The notes under the pieces were generated by a model. The model was not told the origin of the DNA. It did no database searches and was given only the letters and a program-made list of their open reading frames with translations. A stretch of DNA of 60,000 nt, taken from NCBI GenBank assembly GCA_965235115.1, contig OZ249436.1, positions 13,704,001 through 13,764,000 of the forward strand, in the 5' to 3' direction. Source of the stretch: Laetmonice hystrix. Taxonomy: Eukaryota. How positions within the stretch are numbered: position 1 is the first letter of the stretch; every line of letters begins with the position of its first letter. Of this stretch, positions 33,416 to 47,949 are shown one piece after another. A program made the translations under genes and the position numbers.

Positions 33416-35241
33416 GTTCTTGTATTCCGTCATTCCCGGCGTGACCGATTCCCTGGGACGTTCTTGTATTCCGTCATTCCCGGCGTGACCGATTCCCTGG
33501 GACGTTCTTGTATTCCGTCATTGCCGGCGTGACCGATTCTCTGGGACGTTCTTGTATTCCGTCATTGCCGGCGTGACCGATTCCCTGGGACGTTCTTGTA
33601 TTCCGTCATTGCCGGCGTGACCGATTCTCTGGGACGTTCTTGTATTCCGTCATTGCCGGCGTGACCGATTCCCTGGGACGTTCTTGTATTCCGTCATTGC
33701 CGGCGTGACCGATTCCCTGGGACGTTCTTGTATTCCGTCATTCCCGGCGTGACCGATTCCCTGGGACGTTCTTGTATTCCGTCATTCCCGGCTTGACCGA
33801 TTCCCTGGGACGTTCTTGTATTCCGTCATTCCCGGCGTGACCGATTCCCTGGGACGTTCTTGCATTCCGTCATTCCCGGCGTGACCGATTCCCTGGGACG
33901 TTCTTGTATTCCGTCATTGCCGGCGTGACCGATTGCCTGGGACGTTCTTGTATTCCGTCATTGCCGGCGTGACCGATTTCCTGGGACGTTCTTGTATTCC
34001 GTCATTGCCGGCGTGACCGATTCCCTGGGACGTTCTTGTATTCCGTCATTCCCGGCGTGACCGATTGCCGGGGACGTTCTTGTATTCCGTCATTCCCGGC
34101 GTGACCGATTGCCTGGGACGTTCTTGTATTCCGTCATTGCCGGCGTGACCGATTCCCTGGGACGTTCTTGTATTCCGTCATTCCCGGCGTGACCGATTCC
34201 CTGGGACGTTCTTGTATTCCGTCATTGCCGGCGTGACCGATTCCCTGGGACGTTCTTGTATTCCGTCATTGCCGGCGTGACCGATTCCCTGGGACGTTCT
34301 TGTATTCCGTCATTCCCGGCGTGACCGATTCCCTGGGACGTTCTTGTATTCCGTCATTCCCGCCGTGACCGATTGCCTGGGACGTTCTTGTATTCCGTCA
34401 TTGCCGGCGTGACCGATTGCCTGGGACGTTCTTGTATTCCGTCATTCCCGGCGTGACCGATTCCCTGGGACGTTCTTGTATTCCGTCATTGCCGGCGTGA
34501 CCGATTCCCTGGGACGTTCTTGTATTCCGTCATTGCCGGCGTGACCATTCCCTGGGACGTTCTTGTATTCCGTCATTCCCGGCGTGACCGATTCCCTGGG
34601 ACGTTCTTGTATTCCGTCATTGCCGGCGTGACCGATTGCCTGGGACGTTCTTGTATTCCGTCATTCCCGGCGTGACCGATTGCCTGGGACGTTCTTGCAT
34701 TCCGTCATTCCCGGCGTGACCGATTGCCTGGGACGTTCTTGTATTCCGTCATTGCCGGCGTGACCGATTGCCTGGGACGTTCTTGTATTCCGTCATTGCC
34801 GGCGTGACCGATTGCCTGGGACGGTCTTGTATTCCGTCATTCCCGGCGTGACCGATTGCCTGGGACGTTCTTGTATTCCGTCATTCCCGGCGTGACCATT
34901 CCCTGGGACGTTCTTGTATTCCGTCATTACCGGTGTGACCGATTCCCTGGGACGTTCTTGTATTCCGTCATTGCCGGCGTGACCGATTGCCTGGGACGTT
35001 CTTGTATTCCGTCATTCCCGGCGTGACCGATTCCCTGGGACGTTCTTGTATTCCGTCATTGCCGGCGTGACCATTCCCTGGGACGTTCTTGTATTCCGTC
35101 ATTACCGGTGTGACCGATTCCCTGGGACGTTCTTGTATTCCGTCATTGCCGGCGTGACCGATTGCCTGGGACGTTCTTGTATTCCGTCATTCCCGGCGTG
35201 ACCGATTCCCTGGGACGTTCTTGTATTCCGTCATTCCCGGC
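33416..35241. repeat. Minisatellite, 44-bp unit TTCTTGTATTCCGTCATT(C/G)CCGGCGTGACCGATT(C/G)CCTGGGACG, ~41 copies
   Basis: Strict 44-bp period with no unique spacers. Confidence 0.98.
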
Positions 35242-35789
35242 ACGCCTGAGATAATCTGATCGGACCAGCCGGCAGGGGTCGAGTTGATCGCTATGATTGA
35301 CACCGGCAATGATTATCTCGAGAATATCTACTTTCAGTACCCTGGTGACAAGGTAGGCCAATCCCACCGTGGCAGACCGTCGACGATGTCTGCAATCGTA
35401 GGTAATTAGCTTCTCACATATCATATTCTAGTCGGGTTGAGACACGAGAATAAAGGTCGCCGATTTGATGAAGGCAAGCTGATTTAATTTCCAGCTTGTT
35501 AGAGATAGGACTGCTAACATATTCAGGAGTGCAGTGACGGGCCATACCCCATGGCGCCCGCTGTGGACGACTCTCTGGACCGATAACCATAGAGAACGAA
35601 AACAGACTTCTGACGCGAATACTAAATCTAACAGGGAACCAGCCTGGACGAGGCCCTCCAGGGACAGACAGGCAAGATCAGGAATTACCGGGGGTACCAT
35701 TTGAAAGGCGAATATTTCAAAATAAACCAAAAGAGGGTACACGAGTCATAAACTAAAGAACAAACGAATCCAGATAGTCTGTTGTTTGA

Positions 35790-35990
35790 AGTATGTATAT
35801 GGACCAAGAGGCAGTAAAACAAAAACGAATGCATGCATAGATCAGGATGACTGATGCCACATGTGCCAGCTATGTTTGAAATACGGTCAAATTCCTTCAC
35901 CTCTCATACACTGGCACGATGGACCTTACCCCCTAAAGACTTGACCTTTTGTACGACCTCAGAAACTTTGCTGCGGGAGACCGGGCGTAC
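35790..35990 (+). mobile_element. Decayed CR1/L2-type LINE ORF2 C-terminal fragment
   Basis: IRSNSFTSHTLARWTLPPKDL resembles the R.nsF..R....WN.LP motif, preceded by PRGSKTK (TRGH..K-like). Confidence 0.4.
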
Positions 35991-36489
35991 CTCCGGATCT
36001 GATGGCCATGATTTATGGTGTGGTATTGACCATAAACCTATAGGTTTATAAACCGTCAGAAGATGTGAAAATATGGCGTGCTCTACTCGTCCAAGTCATA
36101 AGTTATGTATGTTTGTGAGGGTGGCGTGTCGATTATCTCATGGGGTCGTTCTTCGAATGAATAATAACCATCACCTTATCTGTCTATGCCTCGGCGACTA
36201 TTGGGATTCCAGCAAATTGTTACGGAGATCAGCAATCCTGCGGCGCCATCTCAATGTAGCGGAACCAGCGACGCTCTTCCTGGTTAGAGGTGCGGATGTT
36301 TACATTGTTGGCCTACGAAATCTGTGCCGAATTAATTGTTATTGTTTATTTAAACCTAACTCTGAAGTTAATTAAATTCCTATTAGATTATACTGTGGGT
36401 TGGGGGTCGTTCACGAGGGAATTCATCCCAAATCTCACTCCCTTGTCCTCAAATTATTGAATATGACGGACCTCGTGCTGACCTTTCCT

Positions 36490-36700
36490 ATAACAGCTTA
36501 TCCAAGGTTACAAATATATTGATGTCCTGCTCTGGCACAGTTGAATAGATTATACGTTGGGAAGTGCTACTGTGTATAACAGTACCAGTGTGATACTCTG
36601 ACTGCATGGGTTTGGGTGATATACGTATTTCACTTGGATAATAAACAAAGAAAACGTCCTGAGGGCGTGCTTTGGTACAGGACCTGAACCACACGGTGTA
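36490..36700 (-). mobile_element. Decayed non-LTR reverse transcriptase fragment
   Basis: SGPVPKHALRTFSLFII resembles GVPQGSVLGPLLF; followed after a frameshift by YHTGTVIHSS (YADDT-like) and QDI. Confidence 0.4.
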
Positions 36701-39530
36701 ATTACACGCAAGGAGTGGTCGTATTCAATGTAATCCCAAAGCCTAAAAAACAAGCACACTACAATGTGACCACCATGTATATTCATTAAGTATGGCTAGT
36801 GTTTACTTATGGTATATATCTATACTACATATCCTGAAAACGATTGTCCTACTCCTTAAAATGATATATTAAGGGGTTGAGCCAATCTATATTGGATACC
36901 CTATACTGGCCATTGTGTGTCAGCAGGAAGGCCTCTCATTCGAACGGGTAAACGCTCACAAATCAATGAACAAAAGAAAAGTAGACTTTTACAAGTTTTA
37001 AGAAATTTTTAATCACAGAGCCAGTGAGAAAAGCTTTGATGTGTGTGGGAAGAGAAGAAGAGTTCCATGCCTACATTCAAAATCGATCAAAATAATATGC
37101 AGATATTAAACGAGCATTATGCAGTCATGCAGAAGGAATATCGATTCATACCGTGACTTTTCGGAAGCTATGGTGGATGTCTTCTATAACAGCAATATGT
37201 ATCACCAGCGGCTGCTATACATATTCCCTTTAAACATAGGCTGATTATATGGCCATGAAATCCGGCCATTGGTAGCGAAGTGATCTATAGATGAAAGGCA
37301 AAGGAGACGAATCTCATGATTTCCACCAACCTACCACATTGGTTATATATAAGTGTCATTATACGTACCTACTGAAAACAACGTGAACTGATATCAACAG
37401 TACGGGAATTACCCGAATTATAAGAAATCTTTTTACAAACATCTGGTAACGCCATGATTATCAGAAAAATGAAGATCAGGGTCGAGATAGATTTTGGCTT
37501 CAGTGAACATGTCAGTTTGTCCGGGGGGCACGTAAACCCAGCACGGCGAGTACCCCGCCTGCTGTGACACGAGCACGACGGTGGGCGCTGCCGCGAGATG
37601 TGCCGCGAGATTTTCCAGCCACGGCGTGATTAGATATCCATTGTGGTCGCCAGAGGGCGCATCATGCTCTGTGTGAGACGTAAGTAGAATGGACCGTTCA
37701 CCTTGGCGTGTGACACGCGAACATGACAATACAATGATTTTTTATCAGACCTTAATACTCTGGCATCCAGTAAGTGCCATTAACCATTCTGGTGCCAGCT
37801 TTCAAATTATAGACACTTCTTATGAATTAATGGAGTATGACTATGGAAGATAGGCAGCGCAAAGACCAAGCAGAAGAACATAGTGATCATGAAAACATGC
37901 GTTTGGGGCATCTTCTCTTCAATGTCATGTAGAAACGACAATATGTGATTTAATATACATGCGATGGAATGTATAATCTCAATGCACTATGATGTGATCG
38001 TTTGTAAGAAACTCACTCAGAATACAGCGTAGTTATTTATAGCAGTCCTAGGATTTTTATAACTATACTGTAGGCCTACCTTGTTAGATAGGTTAGGGAG
38101 GCTTTGTTTACTTATAAACTTTGTTTAATGAATGCTAATCGGCTGATTGGTTGATTATTGTTGCTTTTCTTCTCACTTCTTCCGCGTTATATGGCTGTGA
38201 TATACCGGCTCTCATATTTAATATTTAATTAATGCAAACACTATCTCTCAAATTAATCAATTAACATTACTTGGTAACATTAATATCTAAACAAGTGTAG
38301 GCCCTATACTTACTGAAACCTTGTGACGGTATTTTATTATTCTGAGTTGATCATAATGTTGTGTTCCGTTACACACCATCATTTGTAGTTTGTACACCTC
38401 GTCGTATCGAGGCCCCTCAGTGGTGGTTATAATGGCAAAATGTTGAAACAGCTTCCTGAATACAGAATGTCTGGCCATTGTCCCGCGGCCAACAACGGGC
38501 ATTGTCGCCACCAAACCTACCCTCCTATAGCAGACGCCGACGGCTGCGGAGACAGGCTGGAATTGGTTCGTTCAGAACGTTCTCATCTTACGATCTCCTT
38601 GTATGCCACCAATCACGGCCGAATATCAAAGATATAGAGGCAGGTTGGGGCGTGGGTTAATAAAAACATAACACTGCCGCAAAGCCAAGGGAACGGAGGT
38701 CAAAGTCGGTGGCGTCGTTTATATAAATAAACGTACACTTTTTTAAACCGATGTACCCAAAGTCATAGTGCGGGGCGAAACCCACAACGTTCGTCCTCCT
38801 TTTTCTCCATTATCTCAGGAGGCATTTAGCCTGTAGATCGATAGGATCATTTGCTGTGGCCATTCCAGAGTTAATACATACGTTTGGTATTGGGCTATTT
38901 TCATCTATATGGCTGTGCCAATCGATACCCAGAGAGACGCACGCGAGACGTGGTATCTTATATAGGAGGAATCGATTGTTTTATGTATACGCTCGAGTGC
39001 GTGGAACAGTGCGTGAAAGTGTTGTAAATAATAAGGTGCACTTCGCAAAGAAGTGATCAATATCTCTTTCCTTTCTGGAAAAGTTGCAGATTACTTTGCT
39101 ATTCATACGGATTGTCTTTCCCATCTTTATATCTCTAATTGGCAAAATGATACGACATCCCATCAGTCAAATATCATAGATGATGAATCTAGAATGAGTT
39201 GAAATAAGGCCGAGACACAAAACAGAATCTTCTTTCGGGCTGGAAAAATATAGAGGAAGTCTTCAAATTAAGGATACGGTATCGATTTTCGGAAAATGTC
39301 TGATTATTAGCTTACCATCCACCAAATAATACATTTACATGGTATCAGGTTCGATTAGCTCTGTCTTCTCATTGCAATTCTGCTTTTCAAAAGGATAAAT
39401 ATAGAAGGTTGCATGCGGGAGGGGATAACGGATGGACGTATCAAGGTTGGATCAATTTAACATCCCCCAAACACGGCTACACGCGTCATGACTCAAATAC
39501 TTGTTGAAGTGATGCGGAAATGTCTTTGAA

Positions 39531-40261
39531 CAAACACATACAACAGATGTGTGATAAACCTATACATAAGGTAGCAATATTAACATCAATACATACACAG
39601 ACAACAAATGTGTGATAAACCTGTACACAAGGTAGCAATATTAACATCAATACAAACACAGACAACAGATGTGTGATAAACCTATACACACTGACAACAA
39701 ATGTGTGATAAACCTATACACAAGGTAGCAATATTAACATCAATACAAACACAGACAATAGATGTGTGATAAACCTATACACAAGGTAGCAATATTAACA
39801 TCAATACAAACACAGACAACAGATGTGTGATAAACCTATACACACTGACAACAAATTTGTGATAAACCTATACACAAGGTAGCAATATTAACATCAATAC
39901 AAACACAGACAACAGATGTGTGATAAACCTATACACAAGGTAGCAATATTAACATCACTACATACACAGACAACAAATGTGTGATAAACCTATACACAAG
40001 GGAGCAATATTGACATCAATACAAACACAGACAACAGATGTGTGATAAACCTAAATATACACAAGGTAGCAATATTAACATCAATACAAACACAGACAAC
40101 AGATGTGTGATAAATCTAAATATACACAAGGTAGCAATATTAACATCAATACAAACACAGACAACAGATGTGTGATAAACCTATACACAAGGTAGAAATA
40201 TTAACATCAATACAAACACACACAACAGAAACATTATACAAGGTAGCAATATTAACATCAA
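39531..40261. repeat. Minisatellite, ~61-bp unit with length variants, ~12 copies
   Basis: acacagacaacagatgtgtgataaacctatacacaaggtagcaatattaacatcaataca repeated. Confidence 0.95.
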
Positions 40262-41774
40262 GAGATAATTCTCGATCCTCGAGCCATTTCTTTCCACAAA
40301 ATGTCATGGATGGATAATCAGACAGACAATTAAATCGGAAATAGCTAGAGGAATGATCACATCGTACTAGAATAAAATATTCTGATATCTTCGTTCTTAG
40401 TGTCGGATGATCGCAAACACAGATTGTGTCTGTACAGTCGCCTTCACCGCACTCACGCAGGAGAATCTGTTTCTACTTAGATCGAGGCAGTACATTGATG
40501 GTTGACTGCTGTTGATTTTCAACAAATCAAGACTCTAGAGCTGTGTATCCATCAGAGACGGGATCCGTCCACATAAATGTTTTGTGCATTCATTGCCCAT
40601 TAACTTGGTTTAAATGGGACAACGCCTAGAGGGGTTAATCCTGTAAAGAGGCTTCCTTCCGGGCACCGGTGATGCAGTTGTCCAAATGTAGAAATTATCT
40701 TAAATATTAGTGACAGCAAACACAGCAACTGCGAACATTTGAGAGTCGAAGTTATTGACAGAGTTGATTTTATACCATATAGCTTAAATATTTTCATATT
40801 GTGCTATATATTTCTGAGGTAAGGTACCTTCTTTGCAAATGTCTATTTTCTTTATGAATATGCAACCATTTGAATTATTAGAAGTACGGTGAAAGACCAT
40901 CACAGGAGCTGTAATTATTTGGAAAGCGATAGAAAGAGAAGACAGATAGGGTGTGTTTTACTCAATGCCTCTTTGGAGTGCATGTCTGACCACCATCAAA
41001 GGTTAACAAGCTCTGGCCACCAGCGTGCTTTGGAGTGAGTGGGCTTCTTTCGCTGACAATAATACAAAGGACATGGCCAGATGTCAGTTCTCATACGTTT
41101 ACATTGTGTATCTGTTTTTGTCCACTTCTGCTCATAAAGCCACTTAATTCAGCAGTATCTTCACAAGAGAGCGGAAACATTTGATTCTGTGAGAGTAAAA
41201 GCTTTACTTGAAGAAACAATTTTCATCCTGTATTAAATCAACTATCTTTTTACACCGTCTGACTTTTTCTGAAAAGTTGATAATTGCATGCAATCTTGAT
41301 GCAGATGCTACGGCGGGTTGCGCATGAACGTTCATCAATACGGCATGGTCCACTGCCGTCTCGCTAACGTCACTGTGTTGAACTTCCAGACGTAATTGAA
41401 GCATAGATTGAAGGCATCTAGCAGGATGCGACAATCCTGCATTTTATGTGTCAAACAAAGCCGAGCAGCGAGCCGGGCGTCGGAAACTAGATGGCCCGCG
41501 AGGATCCCCATGGGGGATGACTTTGTATTTGCCCATCTCGTATATTATTCACAAAGGAATAGCGTGTTATTATAATTGTTACGTGCGATTCCGTTTTTGA
41601 CAGTATGTCATCATGAGTGGAAGGCGACCATCGCAGGCACAGAGCGCATGCGTATTGCCGCTCAAGAGCAAAACCCTGGAGGAATGGGCTTGGCAAGAGA
41701 AGAGCCCGGGCTGGGCCGGGGACAGGATTGGGCAGGGCAGGGCAGGGCCAGGCCAGGCTGGGCAGGGCAGGGCC

Positions 41775-41861
41775 GGGGCCCTTGCACAAATTCCCGCTCG
41801 CAAAAATTGCCATTGAATTTCAATGGCAATTTTAGCGAGTGGGAATTTATGCAAGGACCCC
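41775..41861. repeat. Imperfect ~87-bp palindrome, probably the core of a MITE
   Basis: ggggcccttgcacaaattcccgctcgcaaaaattgccattgaa-t-ttcaatggcaattttagcgagtgggaatttatgcaaggacccc, preceded by GGGCA repeats. Confidence 0.8.
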
Positions 41862-42960
41862 GCAGGCGGGGCAGGGGCGGCGAGCCCCGTCTCTCGCATC
41901 AAACGTCCAGCAGCGATTAGCCGATAGTCAACACGAGAGGCCCTTTACCACTGCTCGGTCTATTCGTTACCTATCTCTCGTCTTTCAAATATGTCTTTAG
42001 GGCGGACATAAATATAAAGATAGGAAGGTTCGCATGGCCGCTGTATGGGTCATACGCCGATGGGTCGCGGTGGGTGCGGCATGAGCCTGCTGGGGGTTGT
42101 CCGAGTGGACTGGGGGTCGTACAAACCTACACTTGCCCATGTCCTCGGTACAAAACACTTTTACCATTCATAATCATGGGGCTGCCTCCCCAAGGCTGCC
42201 CGGAGAGTATAAGGGTAAATAGTCAATAGTAAGGGGATTAGGCCGCCTAGGGATCAATATGTAGGTTGGACGAGGAGGGGGCACTTTGACCACCCATTCC
42301 CGGACAAGCCCGGAGACAAGCCCCGGATGTAACAAGGTTTATGATAGACTTGACACAGATATAGATATTCAGGCCTCTGCCGATCGAATATGCGCTACAG
42401 TCGAAGGGAACAATATGCCGACCATATCTACCCAGCATTCAAGCAGATAAAAATACTAATCCTTAGTTCCTTCGCCATAAAACTGGCGGTACCGCACAGG
42501 TTTTACAAAATAACAAGACAGTGCTTGATCACGTATTCCATAAATAATGCATTGTCTTTTCCTTACATAGTGCGATCAGTATTATGACAAATGATAAAAA
42601 TTCCAGTAAAACAAAGTTGGCTTGACATCTGATACACGTGGCGATGTTGATATCAAGCAGAATATTGATAAATGGGCATTAGGTCGTTGGCTGCCGACAA
42701 TTGTGTTGTGTTTTACATAATTCTATATCCCAAGATAAATAGATAAAGCCCATTTCGAAATCAAATCTGGGACTGAAAGCTACACGGACCGTGGAAGCCA
42801 TGTCTTTCATGCATCAATATTACTTTGTGTTTTGATTACCCCGTTCGTAACGGTTGTGAATGTTTCATGCCGAGAGCCGAGTTGACACAAGGTGGTTCAA
42901 AAGACGAGTCCATCTGTGAGGGTCGGGTTTTAATCACGACATTCGCCAGATCGTGTGATC

Positions 42961-43090
42961 ATGGAGCCGACTGAAGCCAACTCTCCACGGCTCGATCTAA
43001 TCATGACTTGATACACACACCACATTGAAGTGTCCTTGAAGTCATCACAGGTCGTCCCGGGTACCACACTGATGACCTTTTCATTATACA
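42961..43090 (+). mobile_element. Decayed LINE apurinic-like endonuclease fragment
   Basis: MEPTEANSPRLDLIMT*...QVVPG resembles the EPTR...LDLILT...V.PG.SDH motif. Confidence 0.45.
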
Positions 43091-43449
43091 CAGTGACTAC
43101 AAATGGGATGTATGCTTTGTAGAAGTATCATGAAAAGTCTCTGATTTAACACAGTTCCGAATGTCAGGAACGCCTCTAAAATACAAAGTTGTACGATTAA
43201 ACAGGTTAAAGTCTAAATCAATTAAATCCTTCTACCGAATGGTGGCGCCACCAGCTTTGTCTTACAAGAATATTCGGTTTGCTGTAGATTAACCACATGT
43301 TAGTGGAAGGAATCTTGTATGTGTAACCAGCCTTTCTGTGGTTTCAACTTTCATGAGGTGAACACATGCAATAGTACCTAAATGTAGCCTATATTGTTGG
43401 GGGGGGGGGGGGGTAACAGTAAGAATCCCGTCGGTCACTCACTATGATA

Positions 43450-43690
43450 CAGCCCCCCCCCCCGACCGGACATGAGCAGCTAGCCGTTCACCGCCGCTAT
43501 CAGCATGACGAGAAGTCAAAACGAATCGATGGTCCAATTGTTCCGACCCTCTGGGAGTATCAGTTAATATCTGACCATCTAGAGTCAAGCTTGGAATGGC
43601 TTCACTAGCCAGACGTGTCTGTAATGGTTCCAACAAGTAATTGTCATGGACTTCACCATACATCAGGGTAAGGTATTGCACCCTGGAGGT
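43450..43690 (-). mobile_element. Decayed LINE endonuclease fragment
   Basis: DNYLLEPLQTR...PSLTLDGQILT...LDH resembles CR1 endonuclease motifs. Confidence 0.35.
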
Positions 43691-45762
43691 CACACCAACA
43701 ATGAGTGTTTCATTCTAGGCTCCCGGCCACTCTGATGGCCTGATCTCAGACCAATGACTGCGCTACAGATCAAGACACGGTCTTCCTCACCACCATGCTC
43801 TGAGCTAATCGTATGGATAGCATCGCATGATACGGATTGTTGCATCTACTATAGCGTCCACAGGCATCTGTTACAGAAATTGTAAATCTACTGCTAGTCC
43901 TCAGTGACATGGAAAGCCGCCTACTTAAATAACCAATTTTCGTATCGTTGTTGCGAAGCAATGATATGAATGTGTATATGGGTATGACCATGGCGCCAGT
44001 AATGGTTTAGGATTTCTTACGAGGAGACATACTGCTGTCCACTGTCTGGATTGATCCTGCTCAACATTACCTTCAGCACGCGATCGCATGGATTTGATCC
44101 AATAATACTGAATTGCACAGAGACATCGCCGATACCTTCTACCATTGTTGTTTAACGCTTCCGTAGCGCCCAATATGGACCTGCAACGTAGGTCTAGACA
44201 TAAGGAAGCACACATCGGGTCGATCGACACTTTAGGCTCTGCCATGTTACTTGGCCCTATGTTACAATTCAAACTCCTGATTACCAAGCTAATAGGACCG
44301 TATATTGGGTATACCTGACATCAATATGACCACATGCCGTAGATGCCGTACTACTGTTTGTTAATCGTTTATAATCGGCTGTTGTTTGTGACGAGCCGGT
44401 TTCGCCGCGCCACTTGTCCCAGAAGGGCAGTCTGTTATGCAATGTTTGCGGCTGGTGGGAGAGATAGCGTTTATTCTTCATTAGTTATGTGCCACCCATT
44501 AACCGTGCATCCGTCTGCCACACTGGTGAAACCGTTTTGATGTCTTCAGTGGCAGTAAGTGATCGATGTCGTCTCCATTCTCTCCTAAAGTAGCATTCTC
44601 ACCTCGATAAACACGTTCCTCATTCTGGCAGCCAGTCAAAAACTACTTCTTTCAATGATATTCTCTTGATCAATTACTAGTGTTTGGGGCAATTAAACCA
44701 ATTGTCAATATCGGCAAGTAACTTCTATGTCTGACATCTCTATAAAAAGGCGTTGGTCTTGTGTTAAATCTAATAACTAGAGATTGCCCAGTTGCCCATT
44801 TATTAAAGTCGAAGGGTTGATGATGTGGAGTCTCCTGCTGTTATTTTAATCAGAATGATTATGGGTTATAACAGGGATGAAGGAAATCTCCGGCTTTGAA
44901 TTGTACTAGGAAACGGTTATACCTCAAAGCTCACGTAATATGAAACAAAATTCACGAAATTCTTAAAAAATGTGGAAGGGTTCATAAAGTGAAAGAGGCA
45001 ATTTCTGATTGATTCATTTTGTCTGTTTCATGTTTCCTTCCTATTATATTAAGAAGACGAAGATGCATTCATCTATTTTTGTTTTTGTGCCCCCATGAAA
45101 CGTGATATTTGAAACAATTCAAATTATGAGAGTGCCCACATAAAATTATTTCAAGGTCTATTTTTATAGGAGATGATAGAAAAACAATTGCAATGGGGCC
45201 TTTATTTGATCAAACTCAATCAGATCAGGAAGATGTGACTGCATGGGCTTCACTTCTTTCCGCTCTGGAGTAATGTTAGCCAGAAAGTGCTCGCAGCAGT
45301 AGGTAGATTATATCTCACATTCAGGGGGAACCATGGCAGTTCGTAATTCATGTTATTTAATCCCTTTTTGGCTTCTGTCGGATCAGTCCCAAAAGGCCAT
45401 TTTCAGTTGTCAATAATTAGAGCTGTGTTTTTCTCCTCAAACGCCAGGTCTGATATTTGGTTTTGGTTGTGGGGCCGAATGTCAGGGAATCTTGTTAATT
45501 ATGAACCATTGGATGTCGCCATGATAAATCATAATGATTCCCTCCAGTATTCCACCCTGTAACAAGGATTCTAGTTTTGGAATCCACCCTGGAAATAAAT
45601 GACTCATGTTCAAAGTTTCATCAATTTCATCTTTTTGTCAAGTCACTGCCGCTCAAGTGGTTTGTAAATTTACGATAATAGTTGTTTTCCAAAGCATTGC
45701 ACTGTCTGGGAAAATCCCATGAATTTATTTACTTCCGGTTGTAGACAACTGAAAATTCAGAC

Positions 45763-45949
45763 CGATTATTACTGTTGTATATTGGCGTGTATATATTTCA
45801 CATAATGCATGCGATTATTACTGTTGTATATTGGCGTGTATATATTTCACATAATGCATGCGATTATTACTGTTGTATATTGGCGTGTATATATTTCACA
45901 TAATGCATGCGATTATTACTGTTGTATATTGGCGTGTATATATTTCACA
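45763..45949. repeat. 49-bp tandem repeat, ~3.8 copies
   Basis: cgattattactgttgtatattggcgtgtatatatttcacataatgcatg. Confidence 0.95.
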
Positions 45950-45993
45950 CCTACAACATCCATACATGCATGTTGGTGTATATATGCATGTCC

Positions 45994-46196
45994 CAGTGGG
46001 GGAATCTAGGATTTTGATAAGGGGGGGGGGGGCAACCAGGATTTTGATAAGGGGGGCATCAGGATTTTGATAAGGGAGGCCCACCTAATTTATTTCCTCG
46101 CTATGCTCGGCATTTGATTTTGACTGTACTAATGCATCTTCATCCAACCAAAAAAAAGAAGGAAAATCTAAGGGGGGCCCCATGGATCCCCCACTG
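45994..46196. mobile_element. Short MITE with CAGTGGGGG termini and 6-bp TSD ATGTCC (hAT-like termini)
   Basis: ATGTCC|CAGTGGGGGAATC ... GGATCCCCCACTG|ATGTCC; internal aggattttgataaggg x3. Confidence 0.8.
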
Positions 46197-46863
46197 ATGT
46201 CCATATGTACTTCTACACATGTTGAACTAATTCTATGCAGAAACATATAAATATGTTGTAGGAATTATAAATCTGTATAGAAAGGAGACCGACCAAAACA
46301 CCATTCCGATCACTCTTTGTCGTATGTCTAGGTTTCTTGTCCAGTCGGTTAAGCTGGAACTCATAGATGACACGCTTAAACTGTATGCGTAAAGTATAGT
46401 TGGTCCAGTAGTGAGCACTGAACCCTGAGGCCAGACGACGATAGTCACAGTGACGGGAACGGACATGAGATATACTAGAATCCAGGTTGGGCGAGATCGA
46501 GCATTCTAGAGGCAAAGTAACTCGTATTAAATGATCAAGATTACTTCAGAAAGTTAATGAAATACGGCAACTATCAAATACGAGACATCTAAGGATGGGG
46601 GGTGGGGGCTTTCTTAATCTGTGTTAGTATCAATGCCTCAGCTCTGAGGATGTGTCAGTACCTCCACGTCACTTACTGAACGGGCACTTTCACACGTATA
46701 CTAGGTACTTGGAAAATACTTTGTGCAGATGGTAGACCTTCTATGCTGTCTTGAAACCGTGCTCACGGTTTCGCTTGCAGGTGTCTGCACATAGGCCTAT
46801 CACCAACAATGGAGCTCGACATATCTGCGTCATTTCAAATGATACGTCACTCCTCCTACTTCC

Positions 46864-47949
46864 TGCCTGTCACTGCGGCTGTCAGTATCTGAACGCCCAT
46901 GTCCTGACCTCGTATCCCATTCCGACAACAGACCATAACAACTCAGTGTGCCTGTCACTGCGGCTATCAGTATCTGAACGCCCATGTCCGTGTATCCCGA
47001 CAACAGACCATAACAACTCAGTGTGCCTGTCACTGCGGCTATCAGTATCTGAACGCCCATGTCCGTGTATCCCATTCCGACAACAGACCATAACAACTCA
47101 GTGTGCCTGTCACTGCGGCTATCAGTATCTGAACGCCCATGTCCGTGTATCCCATTCCGACAACAGACCATAACAACTCAGTGTGCCTGTCACTGCGGCT
47201 ATCAGTATCTGAACGCCCATGTCCGTGTATCCCATTCCGACAACAGACCATAACAACTCAGTGTGCCTGTCACTGCGGCTATCAGTATCTGAACGCCCAT
47301 GTCCTCGTATCCCGACAACAGACCATAACAACTCAGTGTGCCTGTCACTGCGGCTATCAGTATCTGAACGCCCATGTCCTTGTATCCCATTCCGACAACA
47401 GACCATAACAACTCAGTGTGCCTGTCACTGCGGCTATCAGTATCTGAACGCCCATGTCCTCGTATCCCGACAACAGACCATAACAACTCAGTGTGCCTGT
47501 CACTGCGGCTATCAGTATCTGAACGACCATGTTCTTGTATCCCACAACAGACCATAACAACTCAGTGTGCCTGTCACTGCGGCTATCAGTATCTGAACGC
47601 CCATGTCCTTGTATCCCATTCCGACAACAGACCATAACAACTCAGTGTGCCTGTCACTGCGGCTATCAGTATCTGAACGCCCATGTCCTCGTATCCCATT
47701 CCGACAACAGACCAGAACAACTCAGTGTGCCTGTCACTGCGGCTATCAGTATCTGAACGACCATGTTCTTGTATCCCACAACAGACCATAACAACTCAGT
47801 GTGCCTGTCACTGCGGCTATTAGTATCTGAACGCCCATGTCCTCGTATCCCGACAACAGACCATAATAACTCAGTGTGCCTGTCACTGCGGCTATCAGTA
47901 TCTGAACGCCCATGTTCTTGTATCCCGACAACAGACCATAACAACTCAG
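46864..47949. repeat. Minisatellite, 73-80-bp unit, ~14 copies
   Basis: tgcctgtcactgcggctatcagtatctgaacgcccatgtcc..gtatccc(attcc)gacaacagaccataacaactcagtg. Confidence 0.97.

Noticed and set aside
33416..35241. CRISPR array or bacterial REP-like GTCATTCCCG repeats
   Set aside because: Units are contiguous with no unique spacers, there are no cas genes, and the context is a spliced animal locus
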